Source: a bacterium (GTDB lineage: Bacteria; Hinthialibacterota; Hinthialibacteria; Hinthialibacterales; Hinthialibacteraceae). Taken from it: a stretch of 64,000 nt of DNA. The stretch is from NCBI GenBank assembly GCA_963662285.2, contig CAXXMV010000001.1, forward strand, positions 768,001 to 832,000, in the 5' to 3' direction. Numbering within the stretch: position 1 is the stretch's first letter; each line of letters starts with the position of its first letter. Below, in pieces: positions 39,068-49,086 of this stretch. The notes under the pieces are model-generated. The model did no database searches and was not told where the DNA came from. It saw nothing but the letters and a program-made list of their open reading frames with translations. Both the position numbers and the translations under genes were made by a program.

Positions 39068-39286
39068 TTATCCCACTTGATAGAAAACAGGGCGATACTT
39101 AGGCGGCGGTATTGATCGACCATTTTCTTTCGCCGCATCTAGCCATGCCTCTTTGGCGAGAAGAGCCTCCGCCAAAGCCTCCATTGGAGTCCCGCCAAAA
39201 GCAGAGCAATGACTCAGATCGGGGATATCAGCGATGCAGCCTTCATCTTCATCACTATAAAAAATATTAATGTGGTAATCTTTCAC
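39068..39286 (-). CDS. HicB family antitoxin
   Basis: YSDEDEGCIADIPDL..CSAFGGTP.EAL...AWL......G..IPPP motif. Confidence 0.88.
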   Translation of the reverse strand: MKDYHINIFYSDEDEGCIADIPDLSHCSAFGGTPMEALAEALLAKEAWLDAAKENGRSIPPPKYRPVFYQVG

Positions 39287-39336
39287 AATTCATCCTCAAG
39301 TTTCATGTTTTCTTTCTCTATTATCTTTAAGAATTC
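39283..39336 (-). pseudogene. C-terminal remnant of a HicA-like toxin
   Basis: EFLKIIEKENMKLEDEL* overlaps the HicB start (GTGA). The upstream part is missing. Confidence 0.5.
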
Positions 39337-39397
39337 GCATACCCTTTATCGACCGCAATGCCTTTTATTATAGAGGTAATATTTGCTTACCAACATG

Positions 39398-40936
39398 TCA
39401 TTTCACTTCCGCAGGAACATTGCCATACGACCAGGGAGCGCGGAATTCACCCGCTTTTTTTGGCGTGGGGATTTCATCCGGTTTCATGTCGCTGGCTAGA
39501 TTCAAGAGGGTTTCAATCATTGTAACTCCTGCGGAAATTTCCAGATTGCTATAACTGGTCAACCGCGTCTCATATCCGCCGCCATGTTCTCCGAGGGCGT
39601 CCAAGGTTGGAACATAGCCTACGCAATCATTGGCCAATTCAACCGGGAAGGTAAATGCAAAATTGCTCTTTTTCTTCAAATCCAAACCATATTGACAGAA
39701 CATTTCTCCCGGCGTAGTCAAGAAAACCGCTGGCCCGACTTGTATAGCCTGAACTTCCACGCCCGATGTCTTGCGTTGCGAAAGAAGAGCATCGAGCATA
39801 ACGATCTCCTTAGCGAAAGTCCACTCGGTATGGCCGACATCTTTCGGATCTTGTTTAGCCAGCGCCGTACATTGTTTGACGCGCTCTGGATCGGGTATGC
39901 GATGCCCTATGCTTAATATTTGTGATTTTGCGGATAACTTAACCGAAGCGCTCTTCTGCATCCCCAGCAGAGTCTTGACTGCTTCAGCGCCAATACGTCC
40001 ACCCACCAGTTTGGCATACTCATCTCCCGATGGTCTGACATAAGGGCTTAGATTATCAACCTGGGTTACATCGCCGCTGAAGCCTTGCAGAAACACAACT
40101 ATAACATCATCACCGAAACTACCGAGAATAATGCGTTCCATATAATAAATCCAGTTGGCCGAAATTCCATTAGGGCTAGTCGTGGCGTGGCAGGCGTAGT
40201 TGACGACGCATCCTGTTAATTTATCTTCATTATCCCACACCCCGATAACTCCAACCTCCGGATCGATCGGACCGGCTGGGTCAATAATGTCTGGATTGCC
40301 CGAACCGGGATGGGTAAAAACTAAACCATTCTTCATATTGAATCGACGATTAAAGGCAACGGTATCTTCAATTCCCTTACCTACGCCGCATAGAGAGGCG
40401 ACGCGATTGGAATCCGCTTCGCATACTGCGCTGATAATGGCGCCCCTGACGTTATTTAAGTAATCCGCATCGGCGCAGGATGATTTCTGATACGCCAAAT
40501 CCTGCACGAAGGGAGCAGCAAAATCGTATTGACCGGGTTGCACCATTCCCAGTGGACCCGATGAGTGAGAATGCGACGCGCCGATAAGAACCGCTTCCGG
40601 GGTAATTCCGCATCTTTGCTCGATCTCCTTGCGCGCATCTTCAACCAGCTGTTTTGGAACCATAAGAGCATCGACGCCAATTAACACGACTTTCTTACCG
40701 CCATCATCAAATAACGCCGCTCTTACTTTACATGGATCATGCAATTTTTTGAGATACGCCTTCCCGTATCCACCCGGCTGCTCCATCCCGATGGCGGGAG
40801 TAATATCCCATTCGGCGAAACCAACTTTGAGCACTGCTGCATCAGTATTATCGGCAGCATGAGAAATGACGGAACAACCAAGAACCCATACAAATAAAAA
40901 TACAGCAAAGCAAATCAACGCGTGTTTATATTTCAT
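39398..40936 (-). CDS. Neutral/alkaline ceramidase-like secreted hydrolase
   Basis: DITP, HDP, ASHSHSGP, FNRR, NYACH, GDV and ELANDCVGYVPT motifs. Confidence 0.75.
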   Translation of the reverse strand: MKYKHALICFAVFLFVWVLGCSVISHAADNTDAAVLKVGFAEWDITPAIGMEQPGGYGKAYLKKLHDPCKVRAALFDDGGKKVVLIGVDALMVPKQLVEDARKEIEQRCGITPEAVLIGASHSHSSGPLGMVQPGQYDFAAPFVQDLAYQKSSCADADYLNNVRGAIISAVCEADSNRVASLCGVGKGIEDTVAFNRRFNMKNGLVFTHPGSGNPDIIDPAGPIDPEVGVIGVWDNEDKLTGCVVNYACHATTSPNGISANWIYYMERIILGSFGDDVIVVFLQGFSGDVTQVDNLSPYVRPSGDEYAKLVGGRIGAEAVKTLLGMQKSASVKLSAKSQILSIGHRIPDPERVKQCTALAKQDPKDVGHTEWTFAKEIVMLDALLSQRKTSGVEVQAIQVGPAVFLTTPGEMFCQYGLDLKKKSNFAFTFPVELANDCVGYVPTLDALGEHGGGYETRLTSYSNLEISAGVTMIETLLNLASDMKPDEIPTPKKAGEFRAPWSYGNVPAEVK

Positions 40937-41155
40937 GATTACGCCTTTCGGTCATTTATAATACTTCATGACTTTTAATCGGATAATACATCAAAGCAAT
41001 CCGTTTACGACATGATTCTATTAGCATATCAAAATTTATAGTCCTAATCAAATCCATATCAAAAATATCTGCTCTATTATTTATTTCCTTTCTCAACACC
41101 TTCAAATTTCCATGCAAATACTAGACAATCACATTATATAAAACTCTGTCATACA

Positions 41156-42556
41156 TTGGATATTATCATGAAAAAAATCTCTTCAATCTTATTGGCGGCC
41201 TGCATAATCCAAGCGTCGCTTTTCGTAACTACACATAATGCGGTAAGTGAAGAAATCATGTTACCTCCGCAATGCTCAATTAAACTAGGTTTAGGTTGGT
41301 CCAATAACACGGTTAACACCGTGATTTTCCGTCATCATGGCATTGTCACTCGTGGAGACTACCAAATCACAGCCTACTATGATGACCAAAAACGTATGGT
41401 TTTCGTTAAGAGAAATATTGCAACCGGACAAACCGAATCTTTTTCTCTATCTGGCGAATACAATACCCGCGACGCGCACAACAGCATCAGCCTGGGCATT
41501 GACTCCGATAGTTTCATTCATGCCTCGTATGATCATCATGGAAGCCCTTTGCATTACCGCCGTTCGTTGCGTCCAATGGATATAACCGCTTGGAGCGAAC
41601 CGCTCTCCATGACAGGGACATTAGAAGACCGGGTCACATATCCCTATTTCGTTATGTCTCCTCAAGACAAAAACGATCATGAATCCAAAGGCGAATTACT
41701 CTTTCTCTACCGCCATGGTTCTTCCGGAAATGGCGACCTATGTATGAAAGCCTATGATGTAAAAACGCAAACCTGGACAGATCGAGCTATGCGTTTCCTC
41801 AAAGGCATGGATCAATCCCCCTGGACCAGCAACGCCTACTGGAATCACCCCGCCTTTGATAATAAGGGAAACATGCATCTTTCGTTTGTCTGGCGCGCCA
41901 ATCGCGGGGGGCCGCCCGATCTGGTCAACAACATAAATATTGGTTATGCCTGTACCCCAGACTCAGGCCAGACATGGCTAACCTCTCGCGGCTTGCCCTT
42001 GCCGCTGCCCATGACCCAGGTCACATCAGAAGTGATCTGGCCCATTCCACCAGGCAGCAACCTGATCAATCAATGCAGCAGCGCGATTGATAATGATGGC
42101 TGGCTGCATATTGTCTACTATGCGGATGATATAAGAGGAATACCGCAATATCATCACTTGTGGTTTGATGGTCAGGCGTGGCAATGTAAGGCTATCAGTC
42201 GTCGAACCGATGATTTCCAACTCAGCGGCGGAGGCGCTCTGCGTCTTCCAATCAGCCGACCGGAGATTGTGATCGATAAACAGAATCGCGTCTTCGTCAT
42301 CTATCGCGGAGATATATCTGAGGACCGAATGACGGCTCAACAACTTGATCCACCATACTATGCTCCGGGAAAAACTTTGCTTCTGTTTGACAAGAACCTG
42401 GATCACGCAGAACCAATCATTGACCGCATCCGCTGGGAGCGTGACGGAATCCTCAGCATGTTGATCCAAAAGAACCATCAGCCTAATCATGACCGCCCCG
42501 AAGACGTTCCCTTTGAACCAGTCTATATTGTCGATTGGGATATCGCGGCTGAGTAA
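41156..42556 (+). CDS. BNR-4 repeat (beta-propeller) secreted protein
   Basis: DAHNSISLGID...HASYDHH, TYPYF, YRHGSSGNG and LINQ motifs. Confidence 0.8.
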   Translation: MDIIMKKISSILLAACIIQASLFVTTHNAVSEEIMLPPQCSIKLGLGWSNNTVNTVIFRHHGIVTRGDYQITAYYDDQKRMVFVKRNIATGQTESFSLSGEYNTRDAHNSISLGIDSDSFIHASYDHHGSPLHYRRSLRPMDITAWSEPLSMTGTLEDRVTYPYFVMSPQDKNDHESKGELLFLYRHGSSGNGDLCMKAYDVKTQTWTDRAMRFLKGMDQSPWTSNAYWNHPAFDNKGNMHLSFVWRANRGGPPDLVNNINIGYACTPDSGQTWLTSRGLPLPLPMTQVTSEVIWPIPPGSNLINQCSSAIDNDGWLHIVYYADDIRGIPQYHHLWFDGQAWQCKAISRRTDDFQLSGGGALRLPISRPEIVIDKQNRVFVIYRGDISEDRMTAQQLDPPYYAPGKTLLLFDKNLDHAEPIIDRIRWERDGILSMLIQKNHQPNHDRPEDVPFEPVYIVDWDIAAE

Positions 42557-42566
42557 TCACCAATAA

Positions 42567-42824
42567 TTGAGGTTTTCAATGTCCGATAAGCCTAATGTTG
42601 TAATTGTAAAAGTGCAGGATGATTCCGTACTGTTTCCTGTGATGACCTTGATTTGTTATTTCGTTTTCTTTCCTCTAGGGATTCTGCTCAACATAATCGG
42701 GCTATTCACCGGACCTAAAAGAGGCTGCTTCGCCATCATGCTTTTCCTGGTGTTGCTTCCAGCGTTGATATGTTTCATGCTAATGTTAAGTTGGATGGGA
42801 TTCATAGCCTTCAGCATATTTTAA
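42567..42824 (+). CDS. Small membrane protein
   Basis: 85-aa hydrophobic ORF in an operon-like position. Confidence 0.65.
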   Translation: MRFSMSDKPNVVIVKVQDDSVLFPVMTLICYFVFFPLGILLNIIGLFTGPKRGCFAIMLFLVLLPALICFMLMLSWMGFIAFSIF

Positions 42825-42834
42825 GAGCATCTCT

Positions 42835-44679
42835 ATGAAGAATGTAAATGTTTACAAAACAAATATGGATGCGCTTAAAAACAGAGAACCAGAACTGGCG
42901 CGGCTTTTACTAGCACGCCATTTCAATGAACAACGATATGTAATAAAACAGTCGGTTAACCAAAGCCCCATCATAAACCTATGCGGTAAAAACGGCCAAC
43001 ACATGCCGCTGATCAATCCAAACTCCCCCCAAGCCGAGGCGGATCAATGGGTGCGTGATCTGGGCGAAGAGAACCTGAAGCATTCCCACGTCATGATTCT
43101 AGGCATCGGTTCCGGCTACCATTCATTATCGTTCTACCATCTTTCTGATGAGAACTCTTATTTATGGATCGTCGAACCGGACTTGGATTTGATGAATGCA
43201 GTTTTCTATGCCATCGATCTATCTGAGATTATTCTCTCCACCCGCGTCCGCATCATCGGCGGTATGCCCGAGACCTATATCGCCCGGCAATTATTTACTG
43301 GAGAAATCGCAAATCGAACCAGGACACAGGGCGTTACGCTGGCGCCAACGCCTTTTGCGCGTCGCTTCTATGCCGAATATATCAAGCGATTATCCAGCGC
43401 CATTCAGCAAGCCATACAAACCGAACAACTCTCTTTTCGCACCGAAACCATTCAAGGGAAAGAAATTCTGAGCAATGTAATAGACAACCTCCCTTATATA
43501 ATAAACAGCGCAGGTATAAATCAGCTGCAAAGCCAAGCGGCGGGTATTCCCGCATTCGTTATATCGCCGGGGCCAAGCCTAGAAGCAGCCTTAGATTTCA
43601 TGCCCGACCTGCGCCAATGCGGCTATATTATCGCGGTTGACACAGCCTATGGCATCTTGCAGCGTAATAACATACCGGCTGATATTGTGGTAAGTCTTGA
43701 TTTCACCAAACTGAACGCCCGGCATTTCGAATTGATTAATAATGATGAGGCCTATCTCGTTGCATCAGTCGGGATTGATTGCCGGATAGTGCAAAAATAC
43801 ATCGAACGAAGTTTCTTCTTCACTACCGGAACCAACAAAATTATTCAAGCCCTGCCCTCTATCGGTTCGAGGGGAGAACTGGTGGCAACCGGTTCGACGG
43901 CGCATAGCGCTTATATGCTGGCGCGATTAATGGGCTGTTCACCCATTGTATTGATCGGGCAGGACCTGGCTTTTGATCAGGGAAAAATGTACGCCGATGG
44001 CGCCATGCAGAACGACTTGGATCTACCCAAGCCAAATCCGGCGGATATGGTAGAGGTAATTTCAAACTCCGGCAAAACAGTTTTAACCAACCGTTTGTAT
44101 AAAATGTATTTAGATAAGTTTGTCGAGATTATTTATACTTCGGCGGGCAATGTGATTAACACATCTGCTGAAGGCGCTAAAATTGTTGGAGCGAATGTTG
44201 TTCCTCTCCAACAGGTAATGGCCGAAATCCCGACGAGAGATATTGACAGGAAAATCCTCTCCAATATTTTCAAGCAAAGACGCCATATAAAACAAGATTC
44301 GGTGCAACGCGATATCGATAAACTTATATCACGAAGCCGCAATATCCAGCAGCATCTTAACAAACTCAAAGACGCATGTGAATCATTGCCAATAAAATCC
44401 AGTCTATTTCAATCTGAATTCAATACTATATACCGTCAACTACAAATCCTTCTTCAACAAGATCCCCAGGTTTTCATGCTCTGCACTCCCCTATGCCCAG
44501 GCAGCACTATTTCATTTATGAGTCAAATGAGCTCCGCCGGATTAATCAAAAACGGTTCAGAGTCAGAAAACCAGAAGATACAAAAAAAATCGCTCCTGTT
44601 TTTTAAAGATTTCATCGATGCCTTAGAGTTAAATATCAAGTCATTATCAAAGGCCTCTTTATCAACCACAGCCAAATAA
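42835..44679 (+). CDS. Motility-associated factor (Maf/DUF115, MptE-like) glycosyltransferase family protein
   Basis: LGIGSGYH, PGPSL, IAVDTA, VSLD, GCSPIVLIGQDLAF and INTSAEGAKI motifs. Confidence 0.85.
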   Translation: MKNVNVYKTNMDALKNREPELARLLLARHFNEQRYVIKQSVNQSPIINLCGKNGQHMPLINPNSPQAEADQWVRDLGEENLKHSHVMILGIGSGYHSLSFYHLSDENSYLWIVEPDLDLMNAVFYAIDLSEIILSTRVRIIGGMPETYIARQLFTGEIANRTRTQGVTLAPTPFARRFYAEYIKRLSSAIQQAIQTEQLSFRTETIQGKEILSNVIDNLPYIINSAGINQLQSQAAGIPAFVISPGPSLEAALDFMPDLRQCGYIIAVDTAYGILQRNNIPADIVVSLDFTKLNARHFELINNDEAYLVASVGIDCRIVQKYIERSFFFTTGTNKIIQALPSIGSRGELVATGSTAHSAYMLARLMGCSPIVLIGQDLAFDQGKMYADGAMQNDLDLPKPNPADMVEVISNSGKTVLTNRLYKMYLDKFVEIIYTSAGNVINTSAEGAKIVGANVVPLQQVMAEIPTRDIDRKILSNIFKQRRHIKQDSVQRDIDKLISRSRNIQQHLNKLKDACESLPIKSSLFQSEFNTIYRQLQILLQQDPQVFMLCTPLCPGSTISFMSQMSSAGLIKNGSESENQKIQKKSLLFFKDFIDALELNIKSLSKASLSTTAK

Positions 44680-44704
44680 CCGGTATATTTCTAAATAAAC
44701 AAAA

Positions 44705-47700
44705 TCAATTCTCTTTTATGTTGATCGGTAATTGAATGGTAAACTTAGCGCCATTGCCAGGTGATGATTCAACTGACATAGCGCCATTGTGATTCTCTGT
44801 GATAATGAAATAAGAGACCGACAGGCCTAAACCCGTACCAATTCCAGGGGCTTTAGTGGTATAAAACGGTTCAAAAACACGCTTCCGGATTTCTTCCGTC
44901 ATGCCAGGCCCGTTATCTTCAACTTCCATACAGGCGTTATCGCCTTGTTGAAGAAGTCGGAGAGTTATACAAGGCGCTTCAGTTTTATCTTCTTCTTCAT
45001 TCATTGCTTGAGCGGCATTCTTCAACAGGTTAAGAATTACTTGTTGAATCTTGATGCCTTCACACAACACCTCCGGCATATTCTCATCATAACCACGGAT
45101 GATATTGATCTTCCGGAAATCATATTTCTTTTTCAGATCATAATCGTTAGACGCCAGTTCAATTGCTTTATCAAGCATTTCGCTTAGATTATGATAAGAG
45201 AAATCTGAGTCGCTTCTACGGCTGAAACTAAGCATATTACCTACAATCTTTGATGCTCTTAGACCAGATTCAGTAATAGTTTCAATCATGTCGAACAAGC
45301 CGCGCTTATTCATATATTTTTCTATTGCTTTTATATCCGTACCGCACTCTTCGGCAATAATTTGATTTTTAGGTATTGCCCCGGTGATGCGGTTACGCAG
45401 AACCTGGGTATTTTGGATGATGCCAGCCAAAGGATTATTGATTTCATGGGCCATACCTGCCGCCAGTCCACCGACAGAGAGCATCTTTTCCGATTGGATC
45501 ATCATCTCTTCCAACCGTACATGCTCAGTCACATCGTCGACGCGAATCACTGCGCCTTCAACGCCATTTGCAACGAGAGGATAGATGGTGACATTCTCAT
45601 AACGAATCTCTCCACCAACTTGCCGAGCGACTTTGGCGTCTTCGCAGGTTTGGCGTTCACGGATAGCTGATTTAATTTTCTCAATCTGGTTCTGGAGATT
45701 AGGAAAGACATCTTCCAGTATACGCCCGGCAGCCTGGGCGGCGTTGATGCCGGTCTCTTTTTCGGCTTGTTGATTCCATTGCGTCACATTGCCATCTAAA
45801 TCAACTCCAATAAGCACTGAAGGCATAGAATTAATTATGTTGCTCAAATAGTTACGCAGATGATGAAGTTCCTCTTCAGCCCTCTTGCGTGCAGTGATAT
45901 CACGGATAACCGCCATAACTCTATCCTGCCCACCCAGCACTACCCGCTTAAGAGTAACGTCTCCCCAGTACAATTCCCCGTTCTTTCTCAGGAATAACCA
46001 TTCAAATGTCTGCACTCCTTCCTCTGCGGTTTTTTGAATCAAATTCTCTGCATCTTTATTTGAGTATGGAGGCTGACCTTCACTGATGTCTCCAACATTA
46101 AAGTTAAGAATATCTTCCCGCTTATATCCTGTCATTCTGCATACAGAATCGTTTACATCCAGGAAATCGCCGGTTTCTAAATTATGAATAATAATACCAT
46201 CGTTACTGGCATTGAATATCTCCCGGTAACTAATTTCGCTTTTGTTTAATGCCTCCGCTGCTTGCTGACGCTCAAGCGCCAGTTTTCGCTCATACTCAAC
46301 CTCCCGTAATCGCAACCGGGAACGCCAACTCGAAACAATCCAACCGATGCCTAGCAGTCCGATGATAATCCCCCAGCGAAATAACTTAGTCTGCCACCAC
46401 ATGGGTAGGATGATCAAGTCTAAATCAATGTCTTGTTTATCCCACACACCATCATTATTTGTAGCCTTGACGTGTAATTTATAATTCCCTGGATTCAAAT
46501 TCGTATAAGTCGCTTTTCTTTCCGGACCGGCCATACGCCAATCAGACTCAAAACCTTCAAGCATATATTGATATTGGTTTCTAGAAGACGAGCGGTAATT
46601 CAATAGCGCGAATTGGAAACTGATCATGGAATGGATTGAAGAAATCTCGATACGGTCGGTTTCCGTGATGCTTTTTTGCAGAGGAGAGTCCTCTCGACCT
46701 GGAAGCATTGCTTGATTGAATATTTCAAAACAGGTAAAAACTAATGAAGAGGCTACATCATTAGGATGAATATCCCGTGGATTATAAATTATAAGCCCTT
46801 CTGTTGATCCAATAAACAATTCACCTGAACGACCGCAATAACGGGCGTTTCCATTTGAAAATGTCCCCGGTATATTTTCATCATAGGTGCGGCATTGATT
46901 AGCCTCGTAATCAAACCGGCAGAGTCCTTTGTTAGTTAATAACCACAGAAATCCATCTTGGTCTTCCACAAAGCCCCGTATCATATTACTAGGCAATCCA
47001 TTTTCAATAGTGAAAGCCTCAAATTTTTCCGTAGATTTATCAAACCGGTTTATACCTCCACCTGCGGTTGCTATCCATAAATTACCATCCTTATCCTCCA
47101 GCATATCTGTAATCATGTTGAAACTTAAAGATTGCGGATCATTGGCATCGTGGTAGTAATTCGTCCAACTATCAGTTGATGGTTCCCATCGGCAAATACC
47201 ATCCGACGTCCCGGCCCACAAAGTTCCATCTTGCATGATTTGTACGCTCCAGACAGAATCATGGCTGATACTGCCGGGATCATCTGGATCATGACGATAT
47301 GTAATAAAACCATCTTCTTCAGGTAAATACCGGGAGATGCCTCCATCAACCGTTGCCACCCAAAGCTGTTTTTCATGATCTTCAACGATGCGCCATATAT
47401 GAGGGCTGTGGAGTGAATTGCTGCGCTTGCGCTCAGGTAGATACCTGCGAAATGTTCCTGTTTCCGGATCAAATTTATTCAGCCCTCCATTCCAGACGCC
47501 TACCCACAGTTGTTTATTGTGATCTTTCAGTAAACAAACAGCAGCTCTTCCTCCCAGGCTGCTTTCATCATTAGGATCATGTTTATAATTTGTCCACTGT
47601 CCGGAAGCACGATCAAAATAATTCAATCCTCCCCTATCCGTACCTACCCACAAATTACCGGACTCTTCTTCTATAACAGAAAGCACTCTATCATCAGACA

Positions 47701-48880
47701 GCGAATTATCTTCTCCTGGAATATTACGGTACACACGGAATGGAGCATTCAATTTATTGGCGTAACTTACGCCAGACGGGAAATGCCCCATCCAGAAATC
47801 GCCATTACTATCCTGGTAAATTGATCGAATAACATTGCTAACTAGCGTTCTCTCGTCATATTTATTGTGGAGGATATTTATCGCTTGTTTTTTTAGTAAA
47901 TTATAAAAATAAAGCCCACCTCCATCGGTCCCCGCCAACACATTTCCCTTATGGTCGACAAACAATGATTCAATTGTGGGATTCTGAAGCGCATTCGGGT
48001 CATTGGGATCATAATCAAAACGTTCAACAGACCCGCTTTGGGGATCAAAAGAACATAATCCTTGCTCAGTCCCCAACCATAGAATTCCATCAGTTCCTTC
48101 CCCAATAGAATCAATTCGGTTATGACTTATACTGCCCGGGTCATCGGGATTATGTTCATAATATCGAAAATTCCGTGTTTGGGGATCAAATTTATTCAAG
48201 CCGCCAAAATTCATCCCAAGCCAGATTATCCCTGTACGGCTGCGTATCATTACCCGAATCAGATTATCATTTGGCGAATCGTGATCTATAGAACCGGCTT
48301 CATAAGGTTTGGAGACTAATCTTTCAAATCTACCCGTCTTGGGATCAAAAAGATTCAATCCTCCACCGATGGTCGACACCCATATCGTTCCATCATCATT
48401 AATCAGTAAATCACTGACTGCATTATCACTCAAACTAGCCTCATCATTTGGATCATGAAAATAATGACTGAATTTCTCGGTTTCACGATGCCAAAGATTC
48501 AAGCCGCCTTCATCAGTTCCAACCCAGATATTACTGTTGACATCCTCTTTAAGACATAATATTGAATTATGAGATATGCTATTTGGATCATCGGAATCCG
48601 GTCTGAATATATTGAATTCATGACCATCATATCGCACCAGGCCATCACCTGTTCCAAACCACATGAATCCCCGGCTATCTTCTAGAATAATGTTAACCGA
48701 AGAAGCCGGCATCCCCTCCTTTGTTGTCAGGCGCTTAAAACTAAGAGAATCAGTTGTATTAGTTTGTACTCCCCAGGCAGAAAAGCCCAAAACAGATGAT
48801 AGGAATAACAAAAAAATCATATATTGGGTTATGAAAATCCCGTTGTTTTGCTTCATAGTTCTATCCATTATAAAAATCAA
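44705..48880 (-). CDS. Sensor histidine kinase: beta-propeller repeats, Y_Y_Y, TM, 2 PAS, HisKA, HATPase
   Basis: Repeated ED..G.LW.GT..GL motifs, YQYMLEG...ATYTNL.PG.Y, AHEINNPL, DNGPG and GTGLGL. Confidence 0.92.
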   Translation of the reverse strand: MIFIMDRTMKQNNGIFITQYMIFLLFLSSVLGFSAWGVQTNTTDSLSFKRLTTKEGMPASSVNIILEDSRGFMWFGTGDGLVRYDGHEFNIFRPDSDDPNSISHNSILCLKEDVNSNIWVGTDEGGLNLWHRETEKFSHYFHDPNDEASLSDNAVSDLLINDDGTIWVSTIGGGLNLFDPKTGRFERLVSKPYEAGSIDHDSPNDNLIRVMIRSRTGIIWLGMNFGGLNKFDPQTRNFRYYEHNPDDPGSISHNRIDSIGEGTDGILWLGTEQGLCSFDPQSGSVERFDYDPNDPNALQNPTIESLFVDHKGNVLAGTDGGGLYFYNLLKKQAINILHNKYDERTLVSNVIRSIYQDSNGDFWMGHFPSGVSYANKLNAPFRVYRNIPGEDNSLSDDRVLSVIEEESGNLWVGTDRGGLNYFDRASGQWTNYKHDPNDESSLGGRAAVCLLKDHNKQLWVGVWNGGLNKFDPETGTFRRYLPERKRSNSLHSPHIWRIVEDHEKQLWVATVDGGISRYLPEEDGFITYRHDPDDPGSISHDSVWSVQIMQDGTLWAGTSDGICRWEPSTDSWTNYYHDANDPQSLSFNMITDMLEDKDGNLWIATAGGGINRFDKSTEKFEAFTIENGLPSNMIRGFVEDQDGFLWLLTNKGLCRFDYEANQCRTYDENIPGTFSNGNARYCGRSGELFIGSTEGLIIYNPRDIHPNDVASSLVFTCFEIFNQAMLPGREDSPLQKSITETDRIEISSIHSMISFQFALLNYRSSSRNQYQYMLEGFESDWRMAGPERKATYTNLNPGNYKLHVKATNNDGVWDKQDIDLDLIILPMWWQTKLFRWGIIIGLLGIGWIVSSWRSRLRLREVEYERKLALERQQAAEALNKSEISYREIFNASNDGIIIHNLETGDFLDVNDSVCRMTGYKREDILNFNVGDISEGQPPYSNKDAENLIQKTAEEGVQTFEWLFLRKNGELYWGDVTLKRVVLGGQDRVMAVIRDITARKRAEEELHHLRNYLSNIINSMPSVLIGVDLDGNVTQWNQQAEKETGINAAQAAGRILEDVFPNLQNQIEKIKSAIRERQTCEDAKVARQVGGEIRYENVTIYPLVANGVEGAVIRVDDVTEHVRLEEMMIQSEKMLSVGGLAAGMAHEINNPLAGIIQNTQVLRNRITGAIPKNQIIAEECGTDIKAIEKYMNKRGLFDMIETITESGLRASKIVGNMLSFSRRSDSDFSYHNLSEMLDKAIELASNDYDLKKKYDFRKINIIRGYDENMPEVLCEGIKIQQVILNLLKNAAQAMNEEEDKTEAPCITLRLLQQGDNACMEVEDNGPGMTEEIRKRVFEPFYTTKAPGIGTGLGLSVSYFIITENHNGAMSVESSPGNGAKFTIQLPINIKEN

Positions 48881-49086
48881 AAGTTATTTACATATTGTAT
48901 CTTATATAAATCAAGAATAACGGGCAAAGCGCATTTCTTTAAATTGCAATGCTTTCCAGGTATTCAAACCAACATAGCAAGTAACGTAATGATACAATTC
49001 ACCCTAATTGTTTCATTGTTCTCGTTTGAAATACTCAACGGATGTAGAATAAAAATTATTGAGACTACATTTATAACGAGGAAACT

